From Candidatus Eiseniibacteriota bacterium (GTDB lineage Bacteria; Joyebacterota; Joyebacteria; Joyebacterales; Joyebacteraceae): a stretch of 39,567 bases of DNA. Made by a program: the position numbers and the translations under genes. The notes below the pieces were generated by a model that had not been told where the DNA came from, did not search any database, and saw nothing but the letters and a program-made list of their open reading frames with translations. This document shows, one piece after another, positions 33,854-39,567 of this stretch (its first letter is position 1; each line of letters starts with the position of its first letter). Where the stretch lies: the NCBI GenBank assembly GCA_043819135.1, contig JBDRFG010000044.1:1-39567 (forward strand). The letters run 5' to 3'.

Positions 33854-34971
33854 GAGGCCTCCTTCACAGCTCCAGGCGCGGGCGAGGCTGTTCCGGCGGC
33901 GCGGCCCTCGCGCGCGGCCGCCCTTCTGGCGAACACCTCGTTCCCGACTACCACCAGAATTATGGTTATTGCCTGCAGCACCAGAATGAGCTCCCGCGGC
34001 ACGTCGGTGAAAACATCGATCTCGAGCGCGCCTGTGTTCAGCACGCCGAAGAGGAGCGCGGCCAGGAGAACGCCGAGCGGCGTGTTCTTTCCCAGAAGCG
34101 CGACCGCGATGCCCATGAATCCGAGACCGCTCGAGAAGTTGTCGAGGAACCGGTGACGGAATCCCATGACCTCGTTCGTCGCTACCAGGCCGGCGAAGGC
34201 CCCCGAGAGGACCATCGCCAGCACAACGGTGCGGCGCACGTTGATGCCGGCGTACTCCGCCGCAGCCGCGTTCATGCCCACGGCGCGGATCTCGTAGCCC
34301 AGGTTGGTCCTGTAGAGGATGTACCAGGCGAGCCACACGGCGGCCAGGGCGAGTACTATGGAGAAGTTGAGGGGATTGGCCTGCGGCAACGGGATACCGG
34401 CGCGCGACAGGGGTCCGGCCAATCGCGGCAGGTGGCCGGCGAGCACTATCTCCGATGTCTGGGGTGTCATCTGCCCGGGTTCGCGCAGCATGTTAATGAC
34501 GAAGTAGCTTGTCACCCCGACGGCAATGAAGTTCATCATGATCGTATTGATGACCTCGTGCACGCCGAAGCGCGCCTTCAGGAGCCCGGGCACGGCGGCC
34601 CACGCGGCTCCTCCCGCCGCCGACGCGAGAACGAGCAGAGGAATGAGCAGCACGGCCGGAAGTCCCCCGAACGCGAGACCGGCGAGCGTGCACACGAAGG
34701 CCCCGATGTAGAGCTGACCCTCGCCGCCGATGTTGAAGAGCCCGGCGCGGAACGCGAACGCCACCGCCAGCCCAGTGAAGATGAGCGGCACCGCGTTGAA
34801 GAGCACGAGTCCGATCGCATCGATGCTCCCGAACGCGCCACGGAACAGGATGGAGTAGATCCTGAACGGATTCTCGCCGATGGCCGTCACGACCAGGCCT
34901 CCGACGAGAAAGGCCGCGGCGACCGCGACAACCGGGGAGAGCAATTGGGATAGCTTTGCGAACCGGCTCAT
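33850..34971 (-). CDS. Nucleoside ABC transporter permease (NupP/NupB-like)
   Basis: PLIFTGLAVAFAFRAGLFNIGGEGQ, EVINTIMMNF, GYEIRAVGMN..AAEYAGI and GFMGIAVALLG. Confidence 0.92.
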   Translation of the reverse strand: MSRFAKLSQLLSPVVAVAAAFLVGGLVVTAIGENPFRIYSILFRGAFGSIDAIGLVLFNAVPLIFTGLAVAFAFRAGLFNIGGEGQLYIGAFVCTLAGLAFGGLPAVLLIPLLVLASAAGGAAWAAVPGLLKARFGVHEVINTIMMNFIAVGVTSYFVINMLREPGQMTPQTSEIVLAGHLPRLAGPLSRAGIPLPQANPLNFSIVLALAAVWLAWYILYRTNLGYEIRAVGMNAAAAEYAGINVRRTVVLAMVLSGAFAGLVATNEVMGFRHRFLDNFSSGLGFMGIAVALLGKNTPLGVLLAALLFGVLNTGALEIDVFTDVPRELILVLQAITIILVVVGNEVFARRAAAREGRAAGTASPAPGAVKEAS

Positions 34972-36554
34972 TGCACTCTCGCCCCCGCGCGTCCGTCGGT
35001 CGCGTCACCGGTGGCCCGATCCGCACCGCCGGCCGCCTGACCCGCGCCACCCGTCATGGCGACGCCGAGTTCCTCCTCCCCGACCGCCCCACCCTCGAAC
35101 TCCGCGACGATCCTCCCGCCGAACATGACCGCTATGCGGTCGGAGAGCGTCATTATCTCCGTGAGTTCGGCTGATATCAGGAGTATCGCAGCGCCCCGGT
35201 CCCTCATTCGAAGCAGGCTCGTGTGAACGAATTCGATGGCGCCGATGTCCACGCCTCTGGTGGGCTGCGAGGCGATCAGAAGAGCGGGCCCGCCGTCGAA
35301 CTCCCGGGCCACGATAAGTTTCTGCTGGTTCCCACCCGACAGATGTCCGGCATCAGCATCGGGATCCGCGGGTCTCAGGTCGTGCTCTTCTATCAGACGC
35401 TCCGCGTGGACGCGAATCGCGTCGAGAGAGAGCAGCCCGCGGCTGGAGAACGGCCGACGGTGATGCCTGCCGAGAACGAGGTTCTCTGCGATGGTGAAGC
35501 CCAACACGAGCCCGCGCGCCTGGCGGTCTTCCGGGATGTGAGCGACCCCCAGGTTGCGAACCTGACGCGGAGACCTGTTCGTCGTCTCGTTGCCGCACAC
35601 GGCAACGCTCCCGGCGCTCGCCTTCTTGAGACCCGCGATGACCTCTACGAGCTCGGTCTGACCGTTGCCCTGAACACCGGCTATCCCAAGGACCTCTCCG
35701 GAACGCACCTCGAGGTTGATACCGTCGAGCACGAGCGAGCCCTTGCGGCCCGCCGCGGACAACCCGCGAACTTGAAGTACCGGGCCACCGGGGCTGGCCT
35801 CCTCCCTGGTGACACGAAGGAGGACGTCCCGTCCGACCATCATTCTCGCGAGTTCTTCCTTCGTCGTCCCCGCGGCGGGCACGACACCGGCCACGCGACC
35901 GTCCCGCATGACCGTGATGCGGTCGGCCAGTTCGAGGACCTCCTCGAGCTTGTGAGTAATGAAGACGATCGTTCGCCCGGCGTCGCGGAGGGCACGGAGG
36001 ATAGCGAAGAGTTCGCGCACTTCTGCCGGAGTCAGGACGCCCGTGGGCTCGTCGAGAATGAGGATCTTCGCGCCGCGATAGAGCACCTTCACGATCTCGA
36101 CGCGCTGCTCCAGCCCCACCGAGAGGTTCTCAATGAGTTCGTCCGGGTCGAGCGAAAGGCCGTACTCCGACGATAGCTGTCTGACTCGCTCCCGCGCGGC
36201 CGCCGTATCGATCAGGCACCCGCAGCGCACCGGCTCAGTACCCAGCACGACGTTCTCGGCAACCGTCAACGTGTCCACGAGCATGAAGTGCTGGTGGACC
36301 ATCCCGACACCTTCGCGGATCGCATCGGATGGGCGGTGGCCGGTGAGTTCCTTGCCCCACAGCAGAATCTGTCCTGCGTCGGGCGGCGTCAGGCCGTAGA
36401 GCACCTTCATGATGGTGGACTTGCCGGCGCCGTTCTCGCCGACGATCGCGTGGATCTCCCCGTCTTTCACATCGAGGTCCACACCGTCGTTTGCGAGGAC
36501 GCGCGGATAGCGCTTCGTGATGCCTCGCATCTGGACCGCGTGGTGTTCCGACAT
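34968..36554 (-). CDS. Nucleoside/sugar ABC transporter ATP-binding protein (NupO/NupA-like, tandem ABC domains)
   Basis: [45 protein letters not shown] and QPTRGVD. Confidence 0.93.
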   Translation of the reverse strand: MSEHHAVQMRGITKRYPRVLANDGVDLDVKDGEIHAIVGENGAGKSTIMKVLYGLTPPDAGQILLWGKELTGHRPSDAIREGVGMVHQHFMLVDTLTVAENVVLGTEPVRCGCLIDTAAARERVRQLSSEYGLSLDPDELIENLSVGLEQRVEIVKVLYRGAKILILDEPTGVLTPAEVRELFAILRALRDAGRTIVFITHKLEEVLELADRITVMRDGRVAGVVPAAGTTKEELARMMVGRDVLLRVTREEASPGGPVLQVRGLSAAGRKGSLVLDGINLEVRSGEVLGIAGVQGNGQTELVEVIAGLKKASAGSVAVCGNETTNRSPRQVRNLGVAHIPEDRQARGLVLGFTIAENLVLGRHHRRPFSSRGLLSLDAIRVHAERLIEEHDLRPADPDADAGHLSGGNQQKLIVAREFDGGPALLIASQPTRGVDIGAIEFVHTSLLRMRDRGAAILLISAELTEIMTLSDRIAVMFGGRIVAEFEGGAVGEEELGVAMTGGAGQAAGGADRATGDATDGRAGARVQ

Positions 36555-36643
36555 GAGAAGGGTGTCTCCCCCCGAGAAGCGCACGGGTGTGCTTATCGCC
36601 GTCGCGCGCCCGGGGCGGGCGCCGCGCCGTTCGCTCTGGCCTG

Positions 36644-37669
36644 CTATTCCCTGGGCACCGACACCGCTCCGTCGATGATCTTCTGTCTCGCCTCTTCTAC
36701 CGTCGCAAGCATCTCTTCGGTCAGGAGAGCCTCGTTGTACTCGTCCACGGCGTAGCCCACGCCGTCATCGGCGAGGCCAAACTCCCTGAGTCCACCCTGG
36801 AACTGCCCATCTACGACGGACTTGACCGTCATGAACACGGCATTGTCTACCCTCTTTATCATGCTGGTCAACACGTTCCCGGGGGCCATGTAGTTCTGAT
36901 TCGAATCGACGCCTATCGCCTGTCTGTTGACCTCGCGAGCCGCCTCGATCACGCCGTTGCCGGTGCTGCCGGCCGCGTGATAAATGACGTCGGCGCCGCG
37001 CCCGAACTGCAAGAGCGCGAGTTCCTTTCCCTTCGCGGGGTCGGCGAACGCCTGAGGTGTCGTCCCCGCGTAGGCGACCGTCACGGAGGCCGCCGGATTG
37101 GCGTACTTCGCGCCGGCGACGTAGCCTGCCTCGAACTTGTGAATCAGTGGGATGTCCATGCCTCCGACGAAGCCGATTCGCCCGGTCTCGCTGAACAGTC
37201 CCGCAATGACGCCGACCAGGAACGAGCCTTCCTCCTCCCTGAACCGGAGGCCCGCGAGGTTCTGCGGAAGTACCTCTCCCGGCCTGGCGTCGAAGTCCAC
37301 GCACGCGAACTTCACGTCAGGATAGTCGGCCGCGACCTTCCGCATGGCATCGCTGAAGAGGAAACCGACACCGATTATGACGTCGTACCTGGCCTGGGCG
37401 AGTTTCCTGAGACCGGTTTCCCTGTCGGCGTCCTGCCCGGGCTCGAACTCCGTGTGCTCGACGTCGAACTGGTCCGCCGCGTACAGAAGCCCTCTGTAGG
37501 CGGAGTCGTTGAACGATTTGTCACCCTTTCCGCCGACATCGAACACCATTCCGACCCTGATGGCGCCCTCGGCGCCGGCCGGCTGCTCCGTGCTGCAGCT
37601 CACGAGCACGGCCCCCATTGCGAGGACGATCAGGAACGCTATCGACCGGAGCGCGATGATCCTGCTCAT
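36644..37669 (-). CDS. BMP-family nucleoside-binding lipoprotein (NupN/PnrA/TmpC-like)
   Basis: Lipobox LVS|C; GDKSFN, F.EEEGSFL.G, GFVGG, GADVIYHAAG, IGVDSNQ and TSMIKRVD. Confidence 0.92.
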   Translation of the reverse strand: MSRIIALRSIAFLIVLAMGAVLVSCSTEQPAGAEGAIRVGMVFDVGGKGDKSFNDSAYRGLLYAADQFDVEHTEFEPGQDADRETGLRKLAQARYDVIIGVGFLFSDAMRKVAADYPDVKFACVDFDARPGEVLPQNLAGLRFREEEGSFLVGVIAGLFSETGRIGFVGGMDIPLIHKFEAGYVAGAKYANPAASVTVAYAGTTPQAFADPAKGKELALLQFGRGADVIYHAAGSTGNGVIEAAREVNRQAIGVDSNQNYMAPGNVLTSMIKRVDNAVFMTVKSVVDGQFQGGLREFGLADDGVGYAVDEYNEALLTEEMLATVEEARQKIIDGAVSVPRE

Positions 37670-37684
37670 GATTCTCCCCTTCCG

Positions 37685-38926
37685 TTACTTCCGTGCCGAC
37701 GCGATGCCGACGTCATCCGGGACGCCGCCCGCGCCCGCGGTCTCGGCCGCATCGAGTATCTGCCTTAGTGAACCGTCCAGGCGGGCCCGCCGCATGAGAA
37801 CCAGAAAGGCGCCCAGGCCCACCAACATCACGAGAGAACCACCCTTGAAAACGAAGTCAAGCCCGAAGATTCCTTCGAAGAAACCGCCCCCCATGGGTCC
37901 CAGGATCAGGCCCATACTCATCCCGCTGTTGAACACGGCCATGACCGTACCCATTCCATTGAACCTCCTCCCCGCCATGGCCGCCATGCCTATCGCAGCG
38001 GGGAACCCGATCGCGCTGACCACTCCCGTCGCTATCTGCAGGAAGACAAGGTGTGTGATCGTTCTGCAGTACGGAATTGCGAAGATGGCCAGAGCGCTTC
38101 CAAGCATGCCCAACGACATGAGGAGAGGCTTGTTGACGCGGTCGGCGAGCCGGCCGAACGGGATCTGCAGGAATCCGGCGAGCAGGATGTGCGTCGCCAG
38201 CAGGACTCCGATGACCGATATCGATGCGCCTCGCGACTCCGCCACGAACGGAAGGAACGGAACGACCACGCCTCTGCCGAACGCAACGGTCGTGCGGAAG
38301 ACAACGAGTGCGACTACCACTCCGTGGCCGAGGACACTCCTGACTGGAGCCCGATTGGCCCACTTCTCCTTGTGGATGCCGATCTCGGGAAGGAAGATAA
38401 GGACCATGAGGAACGCGACGGCGCTCAGGATGCCCATGACGTAGAAGGGGACCGTCATGCCGAACCGGTCGGCGAGCGGCCCCCCCAGGAGCGGGCCAAT
38501 GCCGAAGGCGGTGAACGTGGAGACCGTGAAGGTCCCCATGAACGAACTCTCCCGACCCTCGGGCGAGATGTCCCCGATGTAGGCCTGAGCTACGGGAATG
38601 ACCATGCCGGCGGACGCGCCGTGAAGCGACCTGACGAGGATGAGCTGCCCCGCGGTCGAGGCCCAGATGTAGAGCAGAGAGAATCCGGAGAACGCAAGGA
38701 GGCCGCAGGCGAGGAACGCCTTCCGCCCAAGCTTGTCGGAGAAGCGCCCGATGAACGGTGTCAGAAGGAACCGCGCCATCGCGAATCCGGAGAATATCAT
38801 CCCGAGCTGGAGACCCGACGCGCCCAGGTCGCGCGCGTACAACGGCAGAAGGGGGCCGATGAATCCGACCCCCATCGTAGAGGCGAAAACAGCCATGAAG
38901 AGAACGATGTAGACGCGTCTGTGCAT
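37685..38926 (-). CDS. MFS transporter (DHA1-like)
   Basis: Motif A GRFSDKLGRK with its repeat GRLADRVNK, GPLLGG and about 12 TM segments. ATG at 38926 with GGAG RBS. Confidence 0.88.
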   Translation of the reverse strand: MHRRVYIVLFMAVFASTMGVGFIGPLLPLYARDLGASGLQLGMIFSGFAMARFLLTPFIGRFSDKLGRKAFLACGLLAFSGFSLLYIWASTAGQLILVRSLHGASAGMVIPVAQAYIGDISPEGRESSFMGTFTVSTFTAFGIGPLLGGPLADRFGMTVPFYVMGILSAVAFLMVLIFLPEIGIHKEKWANRAPVRSVLGHGVVVALVVFRTTVAFGRGVVVPFLPFVAESRGASISVIGVLLATHILLAGFLQIPFGRLADRVNKPLLMSLGMLGSALAIFAIPYCRTITHLVFLQIATGVVSAIGFPAAIGMAAMAGRRFNGMGTVMAVFNSGMSMGLILGPMGGGFFEGIFGLDFVFKGGSLVMLVGLGAFLVLMRRARLDGSLRQILDAAETAGAGGVPDDVGIASARK

Positions 38927-39020
38927 GCGTTCTCCGGGTTCGGATCCGGTCGAGTGTGGGCCGCGCCGCACGCCCCGGGGGGCGCACCGCGACCGGTCTT
39001 GACCGGCAGGTCACTGCCGC

Positions 39021-39567
39021 CTAGACGAAGAGGCTCGTCAGTTCGAAGGCGTCGACGTCGACGAGTCCCTTGTCGGTCAGTTTGAGCGACGGAATGACCG
39101 GCAGCGCCAGGAACGACATCGCCATGAACGGGTCGTCGGTGCGTGAGCCCAGCCTCCGCGCGGCCTTCCTCACCTTGTCGAGCCCGGCGACGACCTCGCC
39201 CAGGGTGCCCTCGGACATCAGGCCGGCCACGGGAAGCGGCATTCCCGCCAGGAGCTTCCCGTCACGCACTACCGAGAGGCCGCCTCGCATTTTGGAGATC
39301 TCGACGACCGCCGCCATCATGTCGTCGCTCGACGTCCCGATGACAACGATGTTGTGCGAGTCGTGCGATACGGAACTGGCGATGGCGCCCTTCTTCAGCC
39401 CGAATCCCCTACCGAGACCGAGTCCTATGTTGTCGCTGGCGAGGTGGCGCTCAACGACCGCGATCTTGAGAACGTCCCGCTCGGTATCGGACACGACGAA
39501 CCCGTTCTCGATCGTGGCGGGCTCGACCGTCGCCTCGGTGATGATCTGGTCGGGCACGAGGTTGATG
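39021..39567 (-). CDS. ade: Adenine deaminase, C-terminal part (5' end outside window)
   Basis: KIAVVERH, GAIASSVSHDSHNIVVIG, LPVAGLMS and PFMAMSFLALPVIPSLKLTDKGLVDV. Confidence 0.93.
   Translation of the reverse strand, partial: INLVPDQIITEATVEPATIENGFVVSDTERDVLKIAVVERHLASDNIGLGLGRGFGLKKGAIASSVSHDSHNIVVIGTSSDDMMAAVVEISKMRGGLSVVRDGKLLAGMPLPVAGLMSEGTLGEVVAGLDKVRKAARRLGSRTDDPFMAMSFLALPVIPSLKLTDKGLVDVDAFELTSLFV

Noticed and set aside
33854..34336. Apparent 161-aa N-terminal extension of MurJ in the ORF track
   Set aside because: It lies inside the permease gene. The true start is most likely the TTG at 33853 with AAGGAGG. Similar over-long starts were trimmed for anmK, iaaA, murQ and others.
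1..39567. CRISPR array, tRNA/rRNA, IS/integrase, prophage or defence genes
   Set aside because: No regularly spaced repeats, RNA-gene signatures or transposase/integrase/phage motifs were seen. Intergenic gaps are all under about 340 nt.

Overview
GC-rich bacterial window with about 28 CDS; all but the first two are on the minus strand. Strong AGGAGG Shine-Dalgarno sites and TTGACA/TATAAT-type promoters occur together with outer-membrane beta-barrels and T9SS-like (FlgD-Ig) C-terminal domains. This suggests a diderm FCB-group organism outside Bacteroidota (inference). From left to right: (i) an ADP-forming acetate-CoA ligase plus a DRTGG/BioD-like protein (+ strand); (ii) a peptidoglycan-sugar recycling operon (CaCA antiporter, membrane protein, murQ, isoaspartyl peptidase/asparaginase, anmK, nagZ); (iii) a ~20 kb cluster of exported proteins: lamin-tail and ExeM/YhcR-type OB-fold modular proteins, a 5'-nucleotidase, two FadL/PorV-like barrels, a ComEA-like HhH-beta-barrel fusion, a Ugp-like ABC transporter and a ComEC-type metallo-beta-lactamase lipoprotein; (iv) adenine deaminase, an MFS transporter, a BMP nucleoside ABC transporter interrupted by murJ, and a purple-acid-phosphatase-like enzyme. 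The best candidate novel system is a TonB-independent extracellular nucleic-acid capture and catabolism locus built from competence-like domains and T9SS-like cargo. All family calls come from motif recognition by eye; no database searches were run. No rRNA, tRNA, CRISPR array or mobile element was seen.
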